A DNA stretch of 32,000 nt from Methylomicrobium sp. (GCA_051061015.1 JBPFEG010000056.1:70335-102334), one strand, 5' to 3'; positions 8,001-17,191 are shown, counted from the first letter of the stretch. Numbers and translations are program-made. The notes: generated by a model from the sequence alone, not told the origin.

Positions 8001-8012
8001 GCCCGAGCACCA
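8001..8012 (+). other. candidate attR: degenerate copy of the tRNA-Leu 3' end
   Basis: gcccgagcacca versus tRNA gcccgaggcacca (one-base gap). Upstream ttcga also matches T-loop ttcga. Immediately followed by a terminator. Confidence 0.5.
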
Positions 8013-8020
8013 ATAAATTC

Positions 8021-8054
8021 AAGGACTTAGGCTTTTTAACCAAGTCCTTTTTTA
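8021..8054 (+). terminator. rho-independent terminator (probably the original tRNA-Leu terminator displaced by island 1)
   Basis: aaggactt (8021-8028) / aagtcctt (8042-8049) followed by TTTTTT. Confidence 0.65.
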
Positions 8055-8175
8055 TTGCCTTTTATTTTTCCCCATTTTTGCCCCATTTAAAAAATTCCTC
8101 CGCATCTCTTACGGAATTTTAACCATTGTTAAAACTGCAAGTTAAGTACGGTTTGCAATTCATTACCCAGTCTCA

Positions 8176-9032
8176 CTAGGGACTGCTTGTTTCATGAATT
8201 TTAACTAGCTTTTTGAAATCGCTTTCACCAATGATTTTAATATTCTGGCCGTTAGCAATTAACTGCTCCACCTTTCGATGCTTAATGCTTTTGTCATGGC
8301 CGGCAAGTTTTAAAATATCTTGATCGCCAACAACAAGTATTGTTGTGTGTTTAGTGACGTTTTGCTCTACGTTACAACCAACCACCGCTGCCAAAGTTGC
8401 TGCTTCTCTGCGAGGAATCGAAAGAGCCCCGGTAAATACTAATTTTTCCCCATATAATGGACCTTCGTAATTGCCTGTCAATGTGAGGGGATAAAGAGGT
8501 TGCCTTGCCCGTTCAAGCCATTCGTCTATCGTGAGTCCTGATAACTCTATGGCTTTTAGCAAGATTTCTCCACAAGCCCTTGCATCTTCTTTGGCGTCAT
8601 GATGATTAATTTCTATATTCAGAAATGACGCAATATTGGCTAGTCCATATCCCTTATAGGTAAATTGTGGCCATGTTCTCCTTACGACTCTGGATGTATC
8701 GAGCCAAGCACAATCAAAACATCGATGTCGTTTTTTTCACATGCCTGCAATAAGGTAGTTTGGTCAAACAGTGTATGACTGACAACAATATTATTTTTTA
8801 GCCATAGCTTGAATTGTCCATAAACTTCGCCCCATTTAGGGGCATTCCTTACTGTCCACTCCCCGATTCCGTGAATAGAAGTGTTCAGAGGATCAAAGTA
8901 ATCATCTGGGTTAACTAGACTTTCCCAACTATCATAAAACACGCCGTTTTTGAAAATAGCTATTCCAACTTGGCAAATACTGGAAAAATTCGGATTTGCC
9001 GTTTCAAAGTCTATAGCAATAAAAGTAGTCAT
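8176..9032 (-). pseudogene. DEDD (DnaQ/epsilon-like) 3'-5' exonuclease fused to a BRCT domain, disrupted by a frameshift
   Basis: N-terminal ORF 8682-9032 has the Exo I motif IAIDFETAN. C-terminal ORF 8176-8562 is BRCT-like (KLVFTGALS...ILVVGD). The C-terminal frame stays open upstream as DCAWLDTSRVVRRTWPQF...HHDAKEDARACGEILL (Exo III H..DA). The frames change at the A4/T4 run 8716-8719; one extra base would give ...DIDVFDCAWLDT... Confidence 0.75.
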
Positions 9033-9393
9033 TTTTTATCCTAATTTAAGGCGCTAATTTATTACTATAAATATAAAATAATTTCAACAACCAGCCCTGA
9101 TCCGGTCATGGCTCTTTTGTCGGTTTTGTCGGTAGGAGGTGGCGACCTACCCCCATATACGCTACCAAAAATAACTTAGCAAAGTCCGTTAAATGACCTG
9201 GACGAAAACCTGCCACTAACTACAGTTCCCGTTATTCCGGGATTATTAATCACCAAACGCGGCGACTGTCTGTAGGAAATTTTACTCATATTGTTTTCTA
9301 TTATTTATTTGCAGGTACACTGGTAAAAATAGGGGTGAAATTGATGACTTTCACATACGGCTTTATAACCCAAGCATGATCGGAGGTATGTTT

Positions 9394-9729
9394 ATGACCG
9401 CATTCCTGATACACCTGATTGTGACAGCAGGCTTGCTGCTGCTTGTAGCCAACCTTGTCCGCGGCGTGCAAGTGGAAGGTTGGGGCTCCGCGCTGATCGG
9501 CGCGCTTGTTCTCGGTCTCGTGAATGCCGTCGTGCGACCGATTATGGTTCTGCTCACGTTGCCTTTTACGATTCTCACCTTCGGGCTTTTCCTGCTGGTA
9601 GTCAATGCGCTGATGCTTTGGCTGGTTGCCGCGCTCGTCTCGGGCATTCGTATTCAGAGCTTTGGGGCCGCCTTGATCGGGAGCCTCGTGCTTTCACTGC
9701 TCAATATGGGAATTGAGCTAATCATGTAG
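9394..9729 (+). CDS. Phage_holin_4_2 / YvlD-family small membrane protein
   Basis: Pattern LLLVANL.PG/RGV.V.G...ALIGALVLGLVNAVVRPIMVLLTLPFTILTFGLFLLVVNALML is typical of this family. ATG 9394 has GGAGG 7 nt upstream (track start 9376). Confidence 0.8.
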   Translation: MTAFLIHLIVTAGLLLLVANLVRGVQVEGWGSALIGALVLGLVNAVVRPIMVLLTLPFTILTFGLFLLVVNALMLWLVAALVSGIRIQSFGAALIGSLVLSLLNMGIELIM

Positions 9730-10185
9730 CTTTGGTAAAAGGCACATCCCATGGTCGAGCCTATGGCCTTGTCCGATTTTTTTATCAGTTTTTTTCAGCG
9801 GCGCTCTGATCATTTTGGTCGCTGCGGTTTATGCGGCGCTGTTCGCCTGGGAAAAATTGCGCGGCGACGCATTGTTGCACTATGATTCCTAACTGGCTTA
9901 TGGACTATTGCTGGCTTGCGTCATGGTATTCGCAAAAGCGCTGCATCTTGAAGGCCATTGGAGAATCCTGACCGTTCTGATGGTTATCGGCTATTGGTGG
10001 ATGCCGCGTTTGATATGGCGCTTATGCACGGCAACACACGCGCATGAGCAGACCTGAAGCTGTCTTGAACAGGGCGCCCTGAATCGGCCGCCCCAACTTT
10101 CCGGCTCCCGTACGCCGCACGGGAACCGGATAAAATCGCAGAAAACCCGGCGCTATACCGGGCCGTCGTCAGGTTGATAATTTAT

Positions 10186-10605
10186 TCAATCCCACCCCAC
10201 AGGTTGATACCCGCGTTCCTGAAGACATTGGTTTACGTAGTTCTCGAAAGCGGGGCTTCGTTCTGTCCTGTTGCCAAACAGCCAGTACAACAGCGAGGCA
10301 AATGCACCACTGGCCGCCCCAATCGCCGACCCGGAGCCCGCCGCCCCCACAATCGCACCGCCAACAGCGCCCGATGCAGCGCCGATAGCCGCCCCTCCGA
10401 CTGTCCTGGCAGCTCCTTGTCCCACGTTACTGCCTGAGGAATCGGCGCCGGCTACTTCTGCAAGTCGCATGCAGTTATCGATATCACGTTCAGCAGCCTT
10501 TGTTCCAGCCGTTTTGAAATGCTCATTCGGATAAAGAACCGGTCGAGTCGAAGCGCAGCCCTCCATTATAAAGACAATGACAAATATCCAAAAAACCTTA
10601 AACAT
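10186..10605 (-). CDS. glycine-zipper lipoprotein
   Basis: 139 aa. Signal/lipobox FIMEG|C. Gly/Ala zipper GGAAIGAASGAVGGAIVGAAGSGSAIGAASGA. C-terminal FENYVNQCLQERGYQPVGW is typical of the glycine-zipper family. Confidence 0.75.
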   Translation of the reverse strand: MFKVFWIFVIVFIMEGCASTRPVLYPNEHFKTAGTKAAERDIDNCMRLAEVAGADSSGSNVGQGAARTVGGAAIGAASGAVGGAIVGAAGSGSAIGAASGAFASLLYWLFGNRTERSPAFENYVNQCLQERGYQPVGWD

Positions 10606-10800
10606 GGGAATCTCCTTTGGAAGATAATGGCGTGTAGGTTTGTGTATCGGGGTTTTGCATGGCTATTTCGCAAGGGAAAATGATATTCTTGCCCCATTTT
10701 CCCGTCATCATCGATTAAACTACGACTCAGCCGCACAGAGGGTGGTTCCACATCACTCGGTGCGATAAATTTTCATCAACCCCAAAATGCCAAAAGAAAA

Positions 10801-11562
10801 ATGGGAACAGCCATACAGCTACCGATTATCGTTAAACGGCCATTCCGGATCATCGCCCACCGGGGCGCGTCTGCCTATGCTCCCGAAAATACGGGAAGCG
10901 CATTCAAATTAGCGATCGCTATGGGCATCAGGGAGATCGAACTAGATGTTCAACTGTCGAGCGATAATGAAGTAGTGATATGCCATGACTTATCGCTGGA
11001 ACGTTACGGCCACTCCGGTTATGTCGAAGGGATGTACTGGCCACAGTTATCCCGTCTCGACATGGGCTCCTGGTTCTCGCCCTATCTGTTTCATGACGAA
11101 AAACTGCTAAGGCTTCAGGACCTGTTTGAGGCATATGGTGCGGAGATTACCTACCATATCGAGCTAAAAGGCACAGCCCGGCTGCTTCCCCAACAACTTT
11201 GCCGCCTGATCGATGATTTTGCTTTACGCGACCATATCATCGTAACGAGTTTCTCCTATGAGGCCTTGAAACAGGTCAGCACTCTTGCGCCTTCTTTGCG
11301 ATTGGGCTGGCTGGTACAGAATATCGATGAGGATGTGCTATCCAAAACCGGGCAGCTTGAATTATTTCAACTCTGTCCCCGCGCAGACCTGCTCACCGAA
11401 CAAATGGTCCGTTTTGCCCATTCCGTCGTGCCTGAAATCAGAGCCTGGGGAATCAACGGCGAGCGCGAAGAGGTGTTGGCATTGATACAAAAAACCATTG
11501 CCACCGGTTGCGATGGCGTGACTGTCAATTGGCCTGACTGGATTTCTTATTCTGAGAAATAG
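10801..11562 (+). CDS. glycerophosphodiester phosphodiesterase (GDPD family, cytoplasmic UgpQ-like)
   Basis: 253 aa. IIAHRGASAYAPENTGSAFKLAI..G...IELDVQLSSDNEVVICHD is the canonical GDPD N-terminal motif. No signal peptide. Confidence 0.9.
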   Translation: MGTAIQLPIIVKRPFRIIAHRGASAYAPENTGSAFKLAIAMGIREIELDVQLSSDNEVVICHDLSLERYGHSGYVEGMYWPQLSRLDMGSWFSPYLFHDEKLLRLQDLFEAYGAEITYHIELKGTARLLPQQLCRLIDDFALRDHIIVTSFSYEALKQVSTLAPSLRLGWLVQNIDEDVLSKTGQLELFQLCPRADLLTEQMVRFAHSVVPEIRAWGINGEREEVLALIQKTIATGCDGVTVNWPDWISYSEK

Positions 11563-11592
11563 CGGCCTGGCAGAACTACAGGGCGTTCTCAA

Positions 11593-11975
11593 TTAGGGTT
11601 TAACCACAAGTTCCCGCACTTTGTATTCGTAATAGGTAGACGGGGCAATCGGCAGTTGCGGGCAAACCGACTCGACCTCGTGTGCTATCTGCTGCGCGTC
11701 TATAAAGGCCGCCATAACTTCGGTCGGCGGCCCCCTGTTTCGCCTGGGCGACAAAAGCCGCGGCTTAGCGCAATAGATCACTTGTGCCCCATGGGTATTG
11801 GCCCGTTTAAGCTCCCGATTCTCGTGTTCAAGCTCCTTCAGCCGATCCTGGTCAGCACTTGGGGTTCCGCTGCGTTTCCCCTGATTTTTTTTATTTTGAC
11901 TCACCCAACGCCGTAGGGTTTCCGCTGTACAGATTGCAGACCATGGCGATGAATACTGACCTTATTGATCAAATA
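11593..11975 (-). pseudogene. IS3-family transposase remnant (end of OrfA + first ~35 aa of OrfB only)
   Basis: ...AETLRRWVSQN..., LKELEHENRELKRAN, then ...AFIDAQQ...VESVCPQLPIAPSTYYEYK match the IS3 OrfA/OrfB junction. No DDE domain follows. Coordinates approximate. Confidence 0.7.
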
Positions 11976-12045
11976 TCAAGTGGACCAACGCTCCCGTTCT
12001 TATCGGGTATATCTCTTTGATGTGTTCATACTCCATCCTCTAAAA

Positions 12046-12346
12046 AATGGAGTCTCCGGGGCAAACCCGGGGCGGTTCATGACAGTCATGAACAATTCTG
12101 GGTGGCAAAAAGCACGTAAGCGTGCCGGATTGCCTTGTCAGAATTCATGATCTAAAGCATACGTTCGGAAGACGATTAAGAGCTGCAAACGTATCATTCG
12201 AGGATAGGCAAGATTTATTGGGACACAAATCGAGCAGGATCATGGACCATTATTCGTCTGCAGAACTGGAAAATCTAATTGCGGCGGCCGAAAAAGTCTG
12301 CGTAAAGGGTCATGCAAAACTCACGCAACGAAATCGTATGGCATAA
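12046..12346 (+). pseudogene. tyrosine integrase C-terminal remnant, frameshifted
   Basis: NNSGWQKARKRAGLP (one frame), then VRIHDLKHTFGRRLRAANVSFEDRQDLLGHKSSRIMDHYS (next frame) is the integrase R-H-x-x-R...H...Y region. Deleting one T near 12135 restores AGLPVRIHDLKH. The N-terminal approximately 250 aa are absent. Confidence 0.75.
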
Positions 12347-12350
12347 AAAA

Positions 12351-12390
12351 GGGAATCAAGACGTTGAATGTCATTGATTCCCTTGTTTTA
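12351..12390 (+). terminator. rho-independent terminator after the integrase remnant
   Basis: gggaatcaa (12351-12359) / ttgattccc (12374-12382) followed by ttgtttt. Confidence 0.6.
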
Positions 12391-12392
12391 TC

Positions 12393-12440
12393 TGGAGCTG
12401 GCGATGGGACTCGAACCCGCGACCGGCTGATTACAAATCA
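12393..12440 (-). other. 48-nt tRNA 3' fragment (tRNA-Thr UGU-like: anticodon loop to CCA), candidate att site of island 2
   Basis: Reverse complement tgaTTTGTAAtcagccggtcGCGGGTTCGAGTCCCATCGCCAGCTCCA has an anticodon loop with TGT, a T-arm (one C-A mismatch), the acceptor 3' strand and CCA. No matching 5' acceptor strand or D-arm upstream, so it is not a complete gene. Confidence 0.6.
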
Positions 12441-12559
12441 CACATTTTCTATTCCTATCCATTCCCATTCAATCTCACCTTTTACTATTTTTTATATAAA
12501 TATCATATATATAAACAAATATTGATTCCTTTTCCTCCCTGTGTTTTACTATATCTCAT

Positions 12560-12577
12560 GGTGACTTATTGGTGACT
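12560..12577. repeat. direct repeat GGTGACT x2, 11 bp apart, upstream of integrase 2
   Basis: ggtgact at 12560-12566 and 12571-12577. Near-inverted tctcacc at 12473-12479. AT-rich surroundings. Possible arm or operator sites. Confidence 0.3.
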
Positions 12578-12605
12578 CAAAAAGTAAATTAATTCACTAG
12601 GCTAA

Positions 12606-13817
12606 ATGAAGGGAATTATGGATACCGAGAAAAAGAAACTTACGAAAAAAATTGTAGATGAAGCAACCTATGTTGGAGATGCACACAGGGGCGAGCGACA
12701 CGTTATTTGGGATACGGAATTATCCGGCTTTGGCCTTCGAGTTTACCCTACCGGTAAGAAAGCTTTCATTTTGAGCTATCGCCATAATGGGCGAAAGCGA
12801 CTCATTACGCTTGGACAATATGGCTCAATTACACCAGATCAAGCGCGCATCGAGGCCAAAAAGCATCATGTTGAGATTATTCAAGGTAGAGATCCACTGG
12901 AAGAACGTCAAAAGGCACGGTCCGGCGACACCATCAAAGATCTGTGTGTAGCCTATATCGAACGACATGCCAGCAAAAAAAAATCCGCAAAAGATGATAT
13001 TCGTAGAATTGAAAGACACATCGTACCAGCCTGGGGATCGTTAAAAGCCAATGCGATCAAAAGAGCCGATGTAGCCGCCCTGCATTCTAAGATCGGCAAA
13101 AATAACGGTCAATATGAAGCCAACCGAGTTCTTGCTCTCATCTCAAAAATGTTCTCATTGGCTGAGTTATGGGGCATTGTAGATGAAGGACATTCAAATC
13201 CGGCTCGCGGTGTCGAAAAATTCAAGGAAGAGAAACGCGACCGCTACGTTACGCCGGAAGAAATGCCCAAACTGATCAAAGCCATACAGAACGAACGGAA
13301 TGAATTTGCTCGTTATGGAATTTGGCTCTATTTGCTGACCGGATTACGTAAGGAAGAATTATTACAAGCGCAATGGGACGATATTGATTATGGCCGTAAC
13401 GAAATCAAGATCAAAGAAACCAAAAAAGGCAATAAGCACTATGTGCCCTTGTCGGCGTTCGCTCGCGAACTTTTAGATAATATAACAAGAATTGAGGGAA
13501 ATCCTTTCATCATAGTCGGTAAAAATCCAGGTGCGCATTTGGTTAACATCGATAAGCCTTGGCAACGGGTTAGGAAAGCCGCAGGGATCGAAGACGTTCG
13601 GATCCATGACTTGAGGAGAACAGTCGGCAGTTGGCTAGCTCAGGCTGGCAATAGCCTACATTTGATCGGACGGGTTTTGAATCACTCGAATACTTCAACG
13701 ACCGCAATTTATGCGCGATTTGGACAAGATAGCGTAAGGGAGGCTCTTGATCGTCATGGGGAACAAATTTTAGCAACAGCTGGAGTGACACAAAACTCTG
13801 AAATTATTTCTATCTAA
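12606..13817 (+). CDS. int: tyrosine integrase (DUF4102 N-terminal domain type)
   Basis: 403 aa. HVIWDTELSGFGLRVYPTGKKAFILSYRHNGRKRLITLGQYG (DUF4102 pattern). VRIHDLRRTVGSWLAQAG...LNHSNTSTTAIYARF (R, H-x-x-R, H, Y). Confidence 0.92.
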   Translation: MKGIMDTEKKKLTKKIVDEATYVGDAHRGERHVIWDTELSGFGLRVYPTGKKAFILSYRHNGRKRLITLGQYGSITPDQARIEAKKHHVEIIQGRDPLEERQKARSGDTIKDLCVAYIERHASKKKSAKDDIRRIERHIVPAWGSLKANAIKRADVAALHSKIGKNNGQYEANRVLALISKMFSLAELWGIVDEGHSNPARGVEKFKEEKRDRYVTPEEMPKLIKAIQNERNEFARYGIWLYLLTGLRKEELLQAQWDDIDYGRNEIKIKETKKGNKHYVPLSAFARELLDNITRIEGNPFIIVGKNPGAHLVNIDKPWQRVRKAAGIEDVRIHDLRRTVGSWLAQAGNSLHLIGRVLNHSNTSTTAIYARFGQDSVREALDRHGEQILATAGVTQNSEIISI

Positions 13818-13860
13818 CCTGAGTTCGGGATATACCCTCCCTTATGTCTGAGACAACAGA

Positions 13861-14760
13861 TTAACTTGAGGTGAAAGTGGGTTTATCATGGCACGGGTAA
13901 TAAGCGATGATACCAGCCATCAGATTAACCTGGAAAACCTGGAAGTTGGAAACGGAGCGGAGGCGGGTATGCTTGATTCGACAACAGATTTTTCCATGCG
14001 TCGAAGACAGCTTAGATCAGCGCCCGTCGGCGCAGGATGGCTTCTTCGTAGTCGGCGCGAGGCACGGGCTTCATGTTCTTCCTGAGCTGGATGATGAGTT
14101 AGATCCCTTGCCTGGCCAGAGTCTCGATCAATCCTTTACCAAAATGGCCTTTGTCGGCGAATATTTGGTTGAGGATTCCTTCGCATAACTCAGGGATGGG
14201 CTGCCGATCATCGATGTTGCCGGACGTCAGTTTGAAACAGATCAGTTCGCCTTTCGAGTGGATGTTCGCATGCAGCTTGAAGCCATAGAACCAGCCCATC
14301 GAAGCCTCACCGCACGGTGAGTCCTTTGAAGACCTTATAACGCGGAGAGCGTTTGTTATCGCAGATAACCAAGGCTGTGGCATCGGTAATGCCCCCGTCG
14401 TATTCACCCTTGAGCAAAGCGGCCAGAGGCAGTGAGCGACAGAGCTGGAGTTCCTGCAACGGTAGTAACTTACATATCGAAAGTAGATCTGACACTGACG
14501 GTCTTAGTTCGGCCATTTCCGATCTCTCGTCTCCTCAACGAGCAGGTCAATGTAACGACCACTTCATTGCGCGATACATGCCTAAGAGAGTCGAGTTTAG
14601 GTCGCCAGTTCCTCGACCAAAGCTGACTGTAACTGTGCAACCAACGAAGAGGCGACTCTGACTGTCTGGTCCCGAAGTCATCGACCTTGAACTCCTTCCC
14701 CGGAACTGCCGCCTGGTTACTCTCCGACGCCGCCGACAAGCGAACCTTGATTCCAATTTT
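13861..14760 (-). pseudogene. IS982-family-like transposase remnant (in-frame stops and frameshifts)
   Basis: Pieces on the minus strand: ...ALVICDNKRSPRYKVFKG..., GEASMGWFYGFKLHANIHSKGELICFKLTSGNIDDRQP...FADKGHFGKGLIETLARQGI*LIIQLRKNMKP...RRRALI*AVFD..., then NFQVNLMAGIIAYYPCHDKP in another frame. MGWFYGFKLH and DDR...DKGY are the DDE-region motifs I recall for IS982-type elements. Ends approximate. Confidence 0.65.
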
Positions 14761-14801
14761 TACTGCCCGTCGGCGCGCAGGAATTGATCTGAGACCAAAA
14801 G

Positions 14802-15641
14802 CTAATCAAATCCTCCATCGCAGAACCATTCGCTCTGCACGAATGCTTCAAAGGTCACTGTCCGCCAACCGTTGAGCCGGGCTTGCCGGCAGCTATTTGC
14901 GCGGTCTTTCATCTCACGCCGAACAAGCTCGCTTCCGCCTAATTCGTGAATCGATCGCAGCTGGTGGCGAATGTTCAAAAGCTCATCGGCCGCTTCAGCT
15001 GCATACAAGGTCCCAAGGTTTAGCACCCGGAAGTGCAACGCCACGCGGGATGCCAAGACGTCATCCCAATGATCAGGGGCTTCTACATAAAACCGGAGTG
15101 CGGCCGGGCTTCCCTCAATAACTTCGGCATACAACCACCGATCTTCTTGAATATTGTCGTAATAAGGGTGGAGAGTTTCCTCACTCGCATTCGTGGGAAC
15201 GCTCGCCAGCTTGGATTTATTGCAATCAGTGCATGCGGGCACTAGGTTCAACGGGACGACAGCAAGGGCTGGATAGTGCGTTTTTGGCAAGTGATGATCC
15301 AACGTCGACACTGTGCGTTGGCCACACAAGGGACACTTACCTTGGGGTGCGGAATTTATGAGTTCGTCGTACGCCCCTCGGCCCGGCGCGCCCTTTTTGG
15401 CCATCCTTTGTTTATAGACAGCTTCCATCTCCGCCTTCGTCACGATGCCGCCGACGACATCGTGTTTTACGATTCGATAAAGGCGATTCGTCGATGAGAG
15501 GTTATCGAACTCCTCAGACGCCGTAACAACGTGGTCGGTGACAGAGACCAACCGTTGTTTTAGGTTCTGATCGCGAATACGGCTGATGCAGGTCTCGAAC
15601 ACATCTCTAGCGACAAGGTTGGGCCGGTTCATCTTGATCAT
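14802..15641 (-). CDS. ptuB: HNH endonuclease, Septu PtuB-like
   Basis: 279 aa. CPLCGQRTVSTLDHHLPKTHYPALAVVPLNLVPACTDCNKSK is CxxC...DH...N...CxxCN (HNH). ATGA overlap with the upstream ATPase. Confidence 0.7.
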   Translation of the reverse strand: MIKMNRPNLVARDVFETCISRIRDQNLKQRLVSVTDHVVTASEEFDNLSSTNRLYRIVKHDVVGGIVTKAEMEAVYKQRMAKKGAPGRGAYDELINSAPQGKCPLCGQRTVSTLDHHLPKTHYPALAVVPLNLVPACTDCNKSKLASVPTNASEETLHPYYDNIQEDRWLYAEVIEGSPAALRFYVEAPDHWDDVLASRVALHFRVLNLGTLYAAEAADELLNIRHQLRSIHELGGSELVRREMKDRANSCRQARLNGWRTVTFEAFVQSEWFCDGGFD

Positions 15642-17191
15642 GCGCCTGTTCCACGGTTTTCGCGGTTTGCAATCAACGCACGAACAATCGCCCGCGCCTC
15701 CCCGCCCAGCTCGCTATTGAACTTCTCCAGCACAGCTTGGAAGTTGTCGTCTTCGTCAATAGCTTCGCGGAGCAGATGATGGAAACCAGCGTGGGTCACT
15801 TCAAGCCCGAATACTTCTCTCGTCAAGACGCCAACGTTCTCACCGAACGTCTCGATTTCCGGACGTTCGACCTGAACGCTTCTACCGCTTCGCCTTACTT
15901 TCCACGCACAACTGGATGGTACCTCCTGCAGAACAACGGGTGAATGCGTGGCAATGATCGCAACACCGTTGCGATTGATGAGTAAGTCAGACAAAGCTCG
16001 GACGAATGCCGACAACAATGGTGGATGAAGATGCGCTTCCGGCTCGTCAAGTAACACCAACGTCCGTTCTTCTACAGTCTCAACGAGCTTGGTTATCGTC
16101 AACAACACGATCTTATGTCCGGAACTCAGGTCCCCGAACAGCTTCTTGGCCATTGTCTTGAGCTCCTCGTCATCGTGCGCTTCATCGGCAAGCAACGCGA
16201 CATCGGCGGCGCGGAAGATCGGATCTGCCTCGAGCATCTTCAATGCGCGACGCCATCGCACAAGGCGTGCCCCTTGGCTGCAGATGAGCACGCTCGCCCC
16301 AAAATCTATGGACAGGCGGACAGGGGACTTCGGCGCAAGTGGCTTTCCTTCTTGCGTCGTCCCTGCTCGTTTCAACCCGATATATGCGCATGGCAAGCCT
16401 TCCGACTTGTTGCGCCGATTGGGAAGCGGCTCGAAGGGATCAAATGCGCTGAAAGTCACCGAAACCAGGTTTGCGAAGAGGTCGCCATCCTCATCTCCTA
16501 CTGCCTCGAATGCCCCGACCTCGTCCCGGTTCGGCCTTTTATCGACAAGCGAACGGGACATGTTGTTGAGAAGATGGGTTTTGCCCACGCCATTGCGCCC
16601 GATCAGGACATGGATGTTTGTTGGTGGCATGGACTCGGGTTCAACGACGAAGGACAGCTTGACCGGATCTGACTTAGAGCGACTGGACTTGGGCGTGGTG
16701 TAGGTGAACTTGTACCTCGACAGGCGCACCCCGCCTTTCGCCAGTCGCGAGAACTGCCCTTGTACTGTCGCGCGTGTTACCGAGCGGAGCAGAGACACGC
16801 CGGTGACTTTCTCGTCGAGAGCGCGTATAAATCGATCCTGATCGAGCGCCAGGTCACGCAGATCACGCAGAATCCGGTCGCGCAGTTCTGGCCCCAACTC
16901 GTTGAGTTTATCGTAGTAGCTATCGTCTTGCCCCAGCGAAAAGAACTCCTCTCCGAGTTCGTCGAATTCCTCTGGAATGCTCGGCCGTCGCTGGCCAACT
17001 TTCATCCCTAGCTGACCGATCTTCACTTCACCAGCACGGAATTCTTCCCCATGCTGATCGAAGACGATGAGCACGTACATCGTGTTGTAGGTGAACCAGT
17101 CATCCCAATTGTCCGTCAACAAATAAGCCTTGGACCGCGCTCCGGCCGGCACGCGCCTACCGTGTGGCAATACCGTAAAGAATTTTGACAT
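15638..17191 (-). CDS. ptuA: ABC/AAA_15-AAA_21-type ATPase, Septu PtuA-like
   Basis: 517 aa. Walker A IGRNGVGKTHLL, Walker B LVLLDEPEAHLHP, ATHSP. An approximately 190-aa N-terminal extra domain. Paired with the HNH gene as in Septu. Confidence 0.7.
   Translation of the reverse strand: MSKFFTVLPHGRRVPAGARSKAYLLTDNWDDWFTYNTMYVLIVFDQHGEEFRAGEVKIGQLGMKVGQRRPSIPEEFDELGEEFFSLGQDDSYYDKLNELGPELRDRILRDLRDLALDQDRFIRALDEKVTGVSLLRSVTRATVQGQFSRLAKGGVRLSRYKFTYTTPKSSRSKSDPVKLSFVVEPESMPPTNIHVLIGRNGVGKTHLLNNMSRSLVDKRPNRDEVGAFEAVGDEDGDLFANLVSVTFSAFDPFEPLPNRRNKSEGLPCAYIGLKRAGTTQEGKPLAPKSPVRLSIDFGASVLICSQGARLVRWRRALKMLEADPIFRAADVALLADEAHDDEELKTMAKKLFGDLSSGHKIVLLTITKLVETVEERTLVLLDEPEAHLHPPLLSAFVRALSDLLINRNGVAIIATHSPVVLQEVPSSCAWKVRRSGRSVQVERPEIETFGENVGVLTREVFGLEVTHAGFHHLLREAIDEDDNFQAVLEKFNSELGGEARAIVRALIANRENRGTGA

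Larger units (their letters stand above)
675..8012 (+). mobile_element. tRNA-Leu-associated P4/satellite-like integrative island 1 (about 7.3 kb)
   Basis: Integrase immediately 3' of tRNA-Leu. tRNA 3' end gcccgaggcacca (675-687) is repeated imperfectly as gcccgagcacca (8001-8012). The same CAGTAAC arm-type repeats occur next to both ends. Gene set int-alpA-primase-like-DUF3987 is typical of P4-like islands. Confidence 0.6.

Noticed and set aside
7813-8043. 76-aa minus-strand ORF across the right end of island 1
   Set aside because: It spans the arm repeats, the att copy and the terminator stem, so a non-coding function explains the sequence better.
9730-10060. Hydrophobic reading frames after the holin-family gene (..FFSGALIILVAAVYAALFAWEKLRGD.. 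and ..LLLACVMVFAKALHLEGHWRILTVLMVIGYWWMPRLIW..)
   Set aside because: No single frame with a start codon covers them, and the pieces are under 60 aa and interrupted by stops. This may be a decayed membrane gene, but it cannot be supported as a feature.
13888-14188. Plus-strand ORFs 13888-14085 and 13907-14188
   Set aside because: They lie antisense to the IS982-like remnant, whose minus-strand pieces carry recognisable transposase motifs.
16089-16703. 204-aa and 185-aa plus-strand ORFs inside ptuA
   Set aside because: These are antisense frames of a GC-rich gene. They are Ser/Arg/Ala-rich and lack motifs. The minus-strand ATPase has clear Walker motifs.
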